NCBI GenBank assembly: GCA_028718745.1
Contig: JAQULF010000003.1
Span: forward strand, 160-64,159
DNA: 64,000 bases
Direction of reading: 5' to 3'
DNA from: Patescibacteria group bacterium
Lineage (GTDB): Bacteria; Patescibacteriota; JACPGU01
Positions 39,599-48,800 of this stretch are shown in pieces. Made by a program: the position numbers and the translations under genes. The notes beneath the pieces were generated by a model. The model worked only from the letters and a program-made list of their open reading frames with translations. It did not search any database and was not told the origin of the DNA. Positions within the stretch are counted from its first letter, which is position 1. Every line of letters starts with the position of its first letter.

Positions 39599-40798
39599 TT
39601 ATTTTTTTATAACTTCCACTATTTTCTCCATATGCATTCCATGCGATCCTTTTACTAAAATAATATCTCCGCTTTTTATATTTTCTTTGACTGAACTGAT
39701 TGCTGATTGAAAATCCGGAAACCAAAATACTTTTCCTTCCATTTTCTTTTCCGCTTCTTGAAAAATGAATTTGGATTCTTCGCCAACCGCAAAAACTAGA
39801 TCAACCTTACCAACCAGCATCTTTCCAATTTCCCGATGAAATTCTTGTGATTTTTCACCTAGCTCTAGCATATCGCCAAGTACCGCGATCTTTCTTTTCT
39901 TATCGCCCAAATTATTCAATGTCTGAATTGCGGCTTTCATGCTCTCCGGGTTTGCATTGTAACTATCATCTATAATCATTGAATCATTTATTCCTTTAAT
40001 CATATTTAATCTTCCTTTTTCCATCTGAAATCCTTCCGCTGCCCAAATACAATCTTCCAGGCTCATTTCACAAATCAATCCGCAGGCAATTCCCGCCAAA
40101 ACAGAATAAATCAGATGTTCGCCAATTATATTCAGATGAATTTTTTTGGATTCTTTTTTATAATGAACAGTAAAATCGATTCCATGAATATCGGATTTAA
40201 TTCCGTCAGCATATAAATCGGCTTTCTTGTTTAATCCAAAGAAAAAGGTCTTTCCTTTATTTCTCTTTTCCATCTCTCTAACATTGGGATCGTCGTAATT
40301 GAGAATCGCCCAACCATTACTATCTAACGCTTCAATCAACATTCCTTTTTCTTGCGCGACATTTTCTAGTGAATGAAAAAATTCAAGGTGCGAACTGGCA
40401 ACACGGGTGATAACAGCGATTTTTGGTTTTATAAATGAAGTCAGGTATTTAATATCGCCAAACCGATCTGCCCCCATTTCCAAAATAGCTTTCTCAAAAT
40501 GAGTTTTTTGAAACACTGATTTTAAAAAACCCAATGAGATATTTTTTATCCAGCCCAAAGGAAACTTTTCAACCTTCAGTCCCAAAAGAGCCGTCGGAAC
40601 GCCAACTTCTTCATTCTGGTTCGCCCTGGTCTTACCAACAGAAAATTTGGAAGATAAAACCTGATAAATCGCTTCTTTGGTGGAGGTTTTTCCAATACTT
40701 CCCGTAATAGCAATGATATCAATTTTATTTCTTTTCAAATATCTGGTCGCAAAACTTTTTAAAATCAATTGATATGCTTTTTTTAATCTTTTCTTCAT
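39599..40798 (-). CDS. murF: UDP-MurNAc-tripeptide--D-Ala-D-Ala ligase
   Basis: AITGSIGKTSTKE, LEMGAD, IIDDSYNANPESM, LGDMLELG, LVKGSHGM; start at MKKRLKK. Confidence 0.94.
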   Translation of the reverse strand: MKKRLKKAYQLILKSFATRYLKRNKIDIIAITGSIGKTSTKEAIYQVLSSKFSVGKTRANQNEEVGVPTALLGLKVEKFPLGWIKNISLGFLKSVFQKTHFEKAILEMGADRFGDIKYLTSFIKPKIAVITRVASSHLEFFHSLENVAQEKGMLIEALDSNGWAILNYDDPNVREMEKRNKGKTFFFGLNKKADLYADGIKSDIHGIDFTVHYKKESKKIHLNIIGEHLIYSVLAGIACGLICEMSLEDCIWAAEGFQMEKGRLNMIKGINDSMIIDDSYNANPESMKAAIQTLNNLGDKKRKIAVLGDMLELGEKSQEFHREIGKMLVGKVDLVFAVGEESKFIFQEAEKKMEGKVFWFPDFQSAISSVKENIKSGDIILVKGSHGMHMEKIVEVIKK

Positions 40799-40886
40799 AT
40801 CTATATTATACCAAGAAAATGAACTATTCGCCAATTTCCGGGCGCGGGCACCGCGCCCCTACTTAATACTTAATACTTACTACTTA

Positions 40887-42665
40887 CTACTTAACCAAAC
40901 CCTTCTCTCTTTTTATCTGCTCTTCCTTCCAAACATCATCCGGTGGTATCTGGTAATAATTCAAAATATTCGCCGCTAATTCTCCGAATATAGGAGCTGC
41001 CGTAGATTCCGCCCAGATTACATCGCGAGGTACATTAATTCTGGTTACAATCACAAAAAGCGGATTATCGGTCGGGCCAAAACCAATAAAGGAACCGATA
41101 AATTTATCTGTTTCGTATCCTCGAAAATCTTTCTTGGGAATCTGCGCCGTACCGGTTTTACCACCAATTCTGTAGCCCTTTACTCGAGCTTGTTTCCCAT
41201 GGCCTCTCTCGGCAACACTAATCATCATATCCGTTATTTCATGGGCTGACTTTTCGCTTAAAACTCTGCCGATCACTTGCGGCTCTACTTTTTCTACTTT
41301 ACCATTTTTATCAATATATTCTTTTACAATATGTGGTTTTACCATCAACCCCCCATTTGCCACCGCGCCCATAGATTGCGCCAACTGAACCTCGGTTGTG
41401 TTAATACCCTGGCCAAAAGACATTGTCGCCAAATCAACCGGTATAGCATCTTCTTGAGGCTTCACGGCGCCCGGAGATTCACCGTCAATTTCAATCCCCG
41501 TTCTTTTGCCAAAACCAAAATTATTTATATATTTATAAAAATTATCCGTACCGGTTTTTTGCGTCATCCAAACCATTCCCACATTATCAGAGTTTTCCAA
41601 AACTTGAGTCATAGTCTCATAACCATAGGGTCTCTTGACACTATTCCAAATAACCGCATCCTGAACCTGAACTTTGGCATCAAAATATTCTCCCGTATCC
41701 GGCGTTACCGCTCCGCTATCGATACCGGCTGTCATCGCGATTAATTTAAAAACCGATCCCGGTTCATAAGCATCGGCTGTCGCCATACATTGGAAAACGC
41801 TATAATCTTTAACTTCCGTATATTTTGCCGGTTCATAAGTTGGAAATTCGGCTAGAGCCAGGATTCCGCCGCTTTTGGGGTCCATCACCACGATTGAGCC
41901 GCTATCCGCTTTATGCTGTTCAACCGCTCTGGCAATAATATCTTCTGCGTAATACTGAATTACATGGTCAATCGTAAGAACTACATCTTTACCATTTTTA
42001 GGTAGCACAACTTTACTATCAGCCACTGTTATCTGGCGACCCAAAATATCTCTTTCGGAAATCAATTTGCCCTGCTCTCCCTTGAGAACATCATTCAAAT
42101 ATCCCTCAACTCCATATTGTCCCTCTCCTTGATTATCGACAAAACCAAGAAACTTTGCCCCCATACTCCCTTCCGGGTAATCCCTGTAGGTTTCGGGAAT
42201 CAAAACAACTCCAGGCAGCTTCAAATCCTCAATCTTTTTGCTAATCTCATCGCTTAGCTTCCTTTTTAAGGGCGGAATATAAACTTTTTTTTCAGAGAGT
42301 AATTGATTGATTTCTCCGGCTGGCATGTCAATTATCGGACCCAGCTTACTAGCTAAGTCAGCCGCATCTTCCACTTGATTAGGAATTATCATTACCGACC
42401 AGAGAGTTTTATTAGTTACTAGGGGAAATTTGGTATCGCTATATATATCGGTAACAAATATCTCCCCTCTGGCCGGCATTATCTTTTCTTCTTTGTATCT
42501 TTGATTGTAGGCTAGCTCTTGGTAGTGGGAATATTTGATAATTTGTTTTTCAAAAAGACGAACTCCGATTATCCCAAAAAGCCCCATCACAACAATAAAA
42601 ACGATAAATATTCTCGCTTTTATATTCCCCTGCTCTTCAATTCTTATATTATTACTCCCCCACAT
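40887..42665 (-). CDS. ftsI: Class B penicillin-binding protein (FtsI/PBP2-like)
   Basis: PARGEI, YEPGSVFK (SxxK), SDN, KTGTAQ; dcw position. Confidence 0.9.
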   Translation of the reverse strand: MWGSNNIRIEEQGNIKARIFIVFIVVMGLFGIIGVRLFEKQIIKYSHYQELAYNQRYKEEKIMPARGEIFVTDIYSDTKFPLVTNKTLWSVMIIPNQVEDAADLASKLGPIIDMPAGEINQLLSEKKVYIPPLKRKLSDEISKKIEDLKLPGVVLIPETYRDYPEGSMGAKFLGFVDNQGEGQYGVEGYLNDVLKGEQGKLISERDILGRQITVADSKVVLPKNGKDVVLTIDHVIQYYAEDIIARAVEQHKADSGSIVVMDPKSGGILALAEFPTYEPAKYTEVKDYSVFQCMATADAYEPGSVFKLIAMTAGIDSGAVTPDTGEYFDAKVQVQDAVIWNSVKRPYGYETMTQVLENSDNVGMVWMTQKTGTDNFYKYINNFGFGKRTGIEIDGESPGAVKPQEDAIPVDLATMSFGQGINTTEVQLAQSMGAVANGGLMVKPHIVKEYIDKNGKVEKVEPQVIGRVLSEKSAHEITDMMISVAERGHGKQARVKGYRIGGKTGTAQIPKKDFRGYETDKFIGSFIGFGPTDNPLFVIVTRINVPRDVIWAESTAAPIFGELAANILNYYQIPPDDVWKEEQIKREKGLVK

Positions 42666-42789
42666 ATATTTTTATTATAACCTTTTTATCTCTTATTAAA
42701 ATAAAATAAACATAGGCAAAAATCACCCTATGTTTTTAAAAAGCTTTTTTCTCCCGAAAGGATCCCTTTGGGATTTTTGTTAAAATAAA

Positions 42790-43149
42790 TTATTTCTTGG
42801 CCAACGCTCCTCCATTGCCGCTAAAATATTTTAAGTCTTTAACCGGTACCATTGATAATCCTCCCGCTTTCTCCTTGGCCTTGTTTAGCGATTCCAATCT
42901 CGCCGCCTCTACCTGCAATCTCTCATTTTCCGAAACAACCTTGTCTTCTTGTTGTTGAAGTTCCTGCAAGGCATATCCTTTGGTCGTAATCTGATTGGAT
43001 TGAGCCAAGTAAAATAGACTGATCAATGAAAATATAAGAACTGTCACAAATCCCAAGGCAACCGGGCCAAGTCTTAATCCCTTTCTGGAATAGGTAGAAT
43101 TATATCTGCCAATCCCGCTCTTTTTTCTTTTAAATCTTATAAATTTCAT
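42790..43149 (-). CDS. ftsL: FtsL-like cell division protein
   Basis: Single TM plus coiled coil; located between rsmH and ftsI. Confidence 0.7.
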   Translation of the reverse strand: MKFIRFKRKKSGIGRYNSTYSRKGLRLGPVALGFVTVLIFSLISLFYLAQSNQITTKGYALQELQQQEDKVVSENERLQVEAARLESLNKAKEKAGGLSMVPVKDLKYFSGNGGALAKK

Positions 43150-43165
43150 TTTTGTTTTTTATTTT

Positions 43166-43233
43166 AGACAGACTGTCGTCTGTCATTCCAAAATTCAGGA
43201 TTAGCATTTGGAGTGACGGACGATAGTCCGTTA
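43166..43233. repeat. REP pair (TGGARTGAC family)
   Basis: GACAGACTGTCGTCTGTCATTCCAA and TTGGAGTGACGGACGATAGTCCGTTA. Confidence 0.85.
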
Positions 43234-43248
43234 TGTTTTTAAAATTTC

Positions 43249-44124
43249 TTACCCTCTTTCTGCAATACGCATCTTCGCGCTCCTACTCATCGGATTGGTA
43301 ACCTCTTCAGCTCTTCCCGCTATAATCACTTTTTTGTTTATAATTTTTAATAATCCTTGTCTCGCGCTTTCTCTCAAAAAGTTTTTTACAATCCTATCTT
43401 CTCCGGAATGAAATGATATGACTACTAATCTTCCGCCTTTTTCTAAAATCTTTAAACTGTTTGTTAATGCTTTCTTTAAATTTTCCAGCTCATTATTTAC
43501 TTCTATTCGCAAAGCCATGAAGGTTAAAGTTGCCGGATGGATTTTGCCTCTTTGAAACTTTACTGATTTAACTATGTCGGCAAGCTCCATAGTGGTCTCT
43601 ATTCTTTTTTTCCTGCGCGCTTCCGTAATTGCCTTAGCGATTACCCGGGCAAATCTCTCATCTACGGTTTTAAGTATTTTCTCAAGCTCTTCTCTGGTAT
43701 ATGAATTGACCACTTTCTCTGCCGTCAAACTACCGTTTAAGTCTAACCGCATATCCAATTTCTCATTTTTTAAAAAGGAAAAACCTCTCCCACTTTCCTT
43801 TATTTGAAATAAATTCGTCCCCAAGTCGAATACAATTCCAGCGACTTGGTCCAACTTAAATGAAAGAGCGATGCGATCAACATCGACGAAATTACCGTTA
43901 TATAAAGATAGGTTTTTATAAGATTTAAATGTATTCTTTGCGTGATCATATATCCCCTTGTCTACTTCTATGCCAATTATCTGACCCTTGAAGTTTTTTT
44001 TATTTAATATCTCTTTCGTATGCCCCCCGAAACCAAATGTGGCATCTATGTAGGTACCGCCTTCTTTTACATTCAATGCGTCAACGGCTTCCTGAAGCAA
44101 TACGGTTTTATGAAGTGCTTCCAT
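43249..44124 (-). CDS. rsmH: 16S rRNA C1402 N4-methyltransferase
   Basis: H.TVLLQE, DATFGFGGH, RGFSF, LDMR, HPAT..FMALRIEVN, ISFHSGEDRIVK. Confidence 0.96.
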   Translation of the reverse strand: MEALHKTVLLQEAVDALNVKEGGTYIDATFGFGGHTKEILNKKNFKGQIIGIEVDKGIYDHAKNTFKSYKNLSLYNGNFVDVDRIALSFKLDQVAGIVFDLGTNLFQIKESGRGFSFLKNEKLDMRLDLNGSLTAEKVVNSYTREELEKILKTVDERFARVIAKAITEARRKKRIETTMELADIVKSVKFQRGKIHPATLTFMALRIEVNNELENLKKALTNSLKILEKGGRLVVISFHSGEDRIVKNFLRESARQGLLKIINKKVIIAGRAEEVTNPMSRSAKMRIAERG

Positions 44125-44368
44125 TAGTTTTATTTATATGTTAAGTGAAACTGGAATAATCTTGGTCTGAAGTCATTTTTTGTTTTTATCTAAATTTTAG
44201 GATGGAGGTGCTCTCTCGAACATAAATGCTCAAAAGAGAAATTTTGTTTTTGTTTTAAAGGGTTTATCCCGCCAAAGGCGGGATTTTCCCGCCGAAGCGA
44301 GGTTTATGACTTCAGACCTTTTAAACAAACCTTGAAACCCTCCTAAAAGGTTTAACTAAATTATTAAA

Positions 44369-44800
44369 CTATACGCCGAATTCTCTTAGCTTATCTGCAA
44401 TATCTGAAGAATTTTTCTCTATATTGGCTTCATATTTCTTCCAGTCGGATTCGTTCCAGATTTCAATCCGGTTATAAAGTCCTGCCGCAACGATATTCTT
44501 TTTTAATGAAGCAAAATCCCTTAGATATTGAGGTAATACGATTCTCCCCGCTTTATCGGGAGTTATTTCCATGGCTCCGGCTAACATGATACGGCCATAA
44601 TCTCGCGCTGATTTGTCGGTAGTTGGCATACTGCTGATTCTTTCAGCAATCGTTTCCCACTCTTTTTTAGGGTACATGAATAAGCAATTTTCCAATCCTT
44701 TTGTAACCACAACTCCATCTGCAAGCTGGGCTCGGTATTTTGGCGGGGTGATTATTCTTCCCTTTTCATCAATTGTGTATGAATACTCTCCTATGAACAT
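44369..44800 (-). CDS. mraZ: Division/cell wall cluster transcriptional repressor MraZ
   Basis: MFIGEY...DEKGR, DKAGRI, RIEIW. Confidence 0.96.
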   Translation of the reverse strand: MFIGEYSYTIDEKGRIITPPKYRAQLADGVVVTKGLENCLFMYPKKEWETIAERISSMPTTDKSARDYGRIMLAGAMEITPDKAGRIVLPQYLRDFASLKKNIVAAGLYNRIEIWNESDWKKYEANIEKNSSDIADKLREFGV

Positions 44801-44870
44801 GCTTTTCTGGTTATTAACCCTCCTATTTGTAATAATTCTTCCTAAATTCGTAGCGATTTGTGTTTATTAG

Positions 44871-44910
44871 TTATCCACTTTTCCCCACTCTTATCCACAA
44901 TTCCCCACTC
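44871..44910 (-). promoter_or_regulatory. MraZ operator: four GTGG boxes at 10-bp spacing
   Basis: CCAC at 44875, 44885, 44895 and 44905, upstream of mraZ. Confidence 0.8.
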
Positions 44911-44962
44911 GATGGATATATTCTAATCCTTTTTTAACGATTTTGCAAGCATAATCAAGCAT

Positions 44963-44998
44963 AAAAAAAATGACTATTTCTAGTCATTTTTTGTTTTT
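44963..44998 (-). terminator. Probable terminator of the surface-protein array
   Basis: AAAAAAAATGACTA-tttc-TAGTCATTTTTT inverted repeat. Confidence 0.55.
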
Positions 44999-45063
44999 AG
45001 CAGTCAATTTGTGGATAATTTAATGAGAATAATTATCAAAATGCCCATTCCCCACTTCTCCCC

Positions 45064-45561
45064 CTAAACCTTCTTCCTTCTCATCAAAACAAATACTTCA
45101 ATAACAATAAAAATCATAAATGCGCCCAGTATTCCGGCGATAATAAATAGATATGTCATAATGTTGCTGCCGGCGCTCGTCACATTAAAACTAGCCGCGA
45201 CATCTTGATTGAGATCTTTATAATCGCTGATTGTCGCGTAAAGCTTATATAATCCGGGTTTGGTGACTTCGGGAATCGCAATGGAATCCATAAAAGAAGC
45301 TTGAGTTTCAATCGCTTTTAGAACTTTTGAATAGGCTATTTCCGTACCGGCAGAATCTTTCACGGAATATTCTATCTTTAAATCTTGCCTGGTCGTATTT
45401 TCCGGCCATTTAATATCTGTTTCAAAATAAACCGGCGTGCCGGCTTTAACTGTAGAATATTGCGCCGGTATGCTAATAGTTGCGGCCATAGCCGACGCAA
45501 AACCCGGCAGTAACAATGCCGCCAGAAACAAAAGTGTAAATAGTATTGTTTTGAATTTCAT
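45064..45561 (-). CDS. Single Ig-like domain protein with signal peptide and C-terminal membrane anchor
   Basis: Signal peptide ending ASA; PGLYKLYAT strand; hydrophobic tail plus RRKKV. Confidence 0.7.
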   Translation of the reverse strand: MKFKTILFTLLFLAALLLPGFASAMAATISIPAQYSTVKAGTPVYFETDIKWPENTTRQDLKIEYSVKDSAGTEIAYSKVLKAIETQASFMDSIAIPEVTKPGLYKLYATISDYKDLNQDVAASFNVTSAGSNIMTYLFIIAGILGAFMIFIVIEVFVLMRRKKV

Positions 45562-45562
45562 A

Positions 45563-46627
45563 TTATTTGATTTCTGAAAACATCCCCTGGCTATAAACTT
45601 TACCCCCTATTTTAACGGGTGAAGCATGTATTTTTACGGGAATTCTCTTTTTGTTTTTTGTTAAAACTTGTGTAACAATAAATTTAATTTTTCCTTCTGC
45701 TTGCTTTTGAAACCCCTCCATTGTTTTCTTTAATTTATCTTTTGGATGGAGATCGTCCGCTCGCATAGAAAGAAGTTTAGCTCGAGAATAACCCATAAGT
45801 TTTTCAGCCGCTTTATTGCAATCTACCAGCCGTCTCGTATCAGCATCCGCAATAAAAATAGCTTCCGTAGCATTTTCAAATAATGTACGATACTTCTGCT
45901 CCATATTATCTCTTATTCTCAATTCTTTTTCTTTTTTAAAAATTCCTTTTTCTTTTTCTAAAAAAAAGAAATACATTATTAATAAAACTATAATCGATAA
46001 AATAATTAATATAATCGGAATAATAAGATTGAAATAAATTACCTGTTGAGACCGTTGAATAATGTTCTTTTCAACACTAAGGGTCATTTCTTTTTCAATA
46101 TCCCCCCAAGCCATGCAGTCTTGATAAAGTTCATTTTTATATTGGTGATAGCTTCCCGCAACTATCAGAGAGTAGGCCGTATTAATATCTTTTTTATCCA
46201 TCGAATCAAACGCCCTCGCCTCTAAGTCAAATAATAAGAGATTAATCCTGTCTAAGTCCTTCAAAAGATCGTCAACTTTGTCTTTTACTTCTTGCGATCT
46301 TTGGCTTTGATTTAAAAGAATTCTTGCATCTCTTGTGAGAAGATTATCCAGCTTAATCCTTGTAGCATCATATTTGGCTTTATGGTCCTGTAATCCCTTA
46401 ACATCCTCTTTTTGCGCATGAAGTAATGCCGAATGAGCTTGATCTGTTAATATAGAATCATAGTTAACCACTTGTTCTACCATCAAGCTTAACGGTGCTT
46501 CAATATCTTTTATCTGCCGAGTATTATCAAGGGTATTGCCTAGCATCTTATAGGTAACGCCCATTTGAACCATACCCAAAATAATAATCGCCAAAAAACC
46601 AAATAAAATTTTTGTACTTGTCTTCAA
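45563..46627 (-). CDS. 2-TM sensor with extracellular helical domain and terminal PAS domain, no output domain
   Basis: EQKYRTLFENATEAIFI..CNKAAEKLMGYS...DLHP PAS; stops right after the PAS; AAGGAGG RBS before TTG. Confidence 0.75.
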   Translation of the reverse strand: MKTSTKILFGFLAIIILGMVQMGVTYKMLGNTLDNTRQIKDIEAPLSLMVEQVVNYDSILTDQAHSALLHAQKEDVKGLQDHKAKYDATRIKLDNLLTRDARILLNQSQRSQEVKDKVDDLLKDLDRINLLLFDLEARAFDSMDKKDINTAYSLIVAGSYHQYKNELYQDCMAWGDIEKEMTLSVEKNIIQRSQQVIYFNLIIPIILIILSIIVLLIMYFFFLEKEKGIFKKEKELRIRDNMEQKYRTLFENATEAIFIADADTRRLVDCNKAAEKLMGYSRAKLLSMRADDLHPKDKLKKTMEGFQKQAEGKIKFIVTQVLTKNKKRIPVKIHASPVKIGGKVYSQGMFSEIK

Positions 46628-46653
46628 AATCGCCTCCTTCTAAATATAAATAA

Positions 46654-46770
46654 TAGTTGGTTCCAAGCTCCTGCTTGGAACCTTAATGTACATCTGGAAG
46701 TTTTAAAATTATTTTTTGAATACATTATTGTACATTCATGGTTCAACGCGGGAGCATTGAACCAACACTA
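46654..46770. repeat. REP-like inverted pair (GGTTCC..GGAACC family)
   Basis: GGTTCCAAGC-tcct-GCTTGGAACC and GGTTCAA-cgcgggagca-TTGAACC. Confidence 0.65.
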
Positions 46771-46775
46771 TGTTT

Positions 46776-47690
46776 TTATTTTTTACTGAATATATTAAAA
46801 ATAGAATCCAACATTGAAACCCCCAAAATCTCATCTGCGTTCTCTTCAGCTATCACGCATCCCATAATAGCGGGTGCATAGGCATGCGCCCCAAAAACTT
46901 TATTACCCATATAATTTAGATATTCGGGCACCTCTTCCACATGTTCTTCCACAAAACCATTCTTACCATATAGCTTCAAATGATCCAGACATTCCTTGGC
47001 TGCTTCGCTTTTTATTTCTTGAATTAATACGCCCTTTTTATTATCTTGACCGATAAATTCCGAGCGACTAAGCAGCAACCCCTTTTCATCAATAAGATAA
47101 ACTTCGTTGGTCGGGCTTTCTATGGTTTCTTGCATGATACTGCTTATTTTATCCAATTCTATATCAAAAGCAATTCTTCCAATTATCTTAGTTGTGTCCG
47201 CGCTATCATAAATCGGACCGATGATAGCATAATAATCATTTTTTCTTAGAGGATCATAATATTGCGTAAATGTGGTGTCTTCTCTTTTTGCTACAAAATA
47301 AGGATGCTGACCATAATCTGTATTGGGGAGATCTATGTCTCCAACAATCACGATCCCCTCTTTAGTTAGAACACTTATCCCCGAAATTGTACTTTTGAGA
47401 TCATTTATCGTTTTTTTCGCAGCTTCTATTTTGGAAGTATCATTGGGATTTAGAGCCACCTCTTTAAAAACAATCATTGAGCTTAGATTTAATAGCCTTT
47501 CTTTTTGAAATTCAAGAAACATATTGATCTGCGCGGCTTTTTCATTTGCCAGCATCTGCAGATTTTGTTTATGAGTATCAATAAGCATCTGCTTTTGAAT
47601 ACGAGCCATATTAATACTAAACCCCGTAAGCGCAATAAAAACAACACAAAGACATAATACTATCCAATTTTTTTTAAAAAAAGCATTCAT
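46776..47690 (-). CDS. Cache-domain protein with a single N-terminal TM
   Basis: LQMLANEKAAQI, DYGQHPYF, EVYLIDEKGLLLS, YLNYMGNKVFGA resemble dCache; no second TM or kinase. Confidence 0.7.
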   Translation of the reverse strand: MNAFFKKNWIVLCLCVVFIALTGFSINMARIQKQMLIDTHKQNLQMLANEKAAQINMFLEFQKERLLNLSSMIVFKEVALNPNDTSKIEAAKKTINDLKSTISGISVLTKEGIVIVGDIDLPNTDYGQHPYFVAKREDTTFTQYYDPLRKNDYYAIIGPIYDSADTTKIIGRIAFDIELDKISSIMQETIESPTNEVYLIDEKGLLLSRSEFIGQDNKKGVLIQEIKSEAAKECLDHLKLYGKNGFVEEHVEEVPEYLNYMGNKVFGAHAYAPAIMGCVIAEENADEILGVSMLDSIFNIFSKK

Positions 47691-47737
47691 GATAATATCT
47701 TATTCCAAATACCTAATTCTAAAATAATTTAGAAATT

Positions 47738-48790
47738 TTATTTTTTCTTTCGTCTGATAATAAAATAGATAACAATCCCAATAGTAATAAGAACTACCCC
47801 CCCACCGATCAAAGCGATAGTAATGAGCTTTATACCGTAAATGGAAGACATTTTTACCTCAAATACTTGTTTGAAAATGTCATTTACATTGGCGCCATAC
47901 TTGGTCGCTACAATCAAAGTATATTTTCCGTTTTTTAAATTCAGGTTTGAAAAATCTTTAGTTACTACTTTCTCTGTCTCTACTACAACATTCCCTTTTT
48001 CATTATAGACTTCGTTGTTTTTAGAATCTAGTATCCTGTAACTTAATTCAACAGGAGTGGTCACGGTACCAAAATTTTCAAAAATCAACTGCGCCACCAA
48101 ATCGCTGGATTTGTTCAAGATAGCGTCATTGATATTTAATTTAATATCAAATAATTGCGCCGGAAGGATAATCGGTACTGCAACCGGAATTTCTGGCACC
48201 GGAACAGAAGCCGGAGCCGGCGTGGGAGTAACCACAGGAACAGGCACCGGATTGATTATGGGAGCGGAGACAGGGATAATAGCCGGAGCCAGATCTTGAG
48301 TTATGTTTATTATGGCTGGTGAACCAATAATAGCCGTATTGCTGCTCAACCCATCTAATGAAAAAGATTCGGCATCTATAAAAATAGATGTGACGCCGGT
48401 TTTTTTGGCAAGAAATGTTGCTGTCCCAAAATTGGTAACAGAATCAAATCCTCCCGGAAAACCTGCTGTACGAACCAGTACACCGGTATTATTATTTAGC
48501 TCTTCATAGCCGGGCTCATTGATTGAAATCCAAGTGTCGGCATAATTCCATCTTTGAACGCTAACCAATTCCGGTAAAAATTTGATTGAAAATCGCACCG
48601 TATAATTTTTGCCAGCCGTTGGTATAGCCTTTGTAGTAAGCGTAAATTGCTCCCCCGCTTTTACATTAACCACAACCGGGTTAATTTGTAAGGTTGTACT
48701 AGCGGCAGCGTTAACAGAAGCTGCATGTAAAAAAAGTGAACAGATGAAAATTGAAATTATTAGACTGGAAAAAAATTTTATTATTCGCAT
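47738..48790 (-). CDS. Membrane-anchored cohesin-domain protein
   Basis: Signal peptide; LQINP..NVKAGEQFTL..IKF.PELVSV..GTATFLAKKTG cohesin-like strands; Pro-rich linker; Ig domain; C-terminal TM plus RRKKK. Confidence 0.7.
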   Translation of the reverse strand: MRIIKFFSSLIISIFICSLFLHAASVNAAASTTLQINPVVVNVKAGEQFTLTTKAIPTAGKNYTVRFSIKFLPELVSVQRWNYADTWISINEPGYEELNNNTGVLVRTAGFPGGFDSVTNFGTATFLAKKTGVTSIFIDAESFSLDGLSSNTAIIGSPAIINITQDLAPAIIPVSAPIINPVPVPVVTPTPAPASVPVPEIPVAVPIILPAQLFDIKLNINDAILNKSSDLVAQLIFENFGTVTTPVELSYRILDSKNNEVYNEKGNVVVETEKVVTKDFSNLNLKNGKYTLIVATKYGANVNDIFKQVFEVKMSSIYGIKLITIALIGGGVVLITIGIVIYFIIRRKKK

Positions 48791-48800
48791 AGTTTTGTTT

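Noticed and set aside
44871-45060. oriC suggested by DnaA boxes
   Set aside because: Only two perfect boxes here and no dnaA or dnaN nearby; better explained as the mraZ control region.
45064-48790. Sortase substrates among the TM-anchored surface proteins
   Set aside because: Hydrophobic tails with basic ends are present, but no LPxTG-like motif precedes them.
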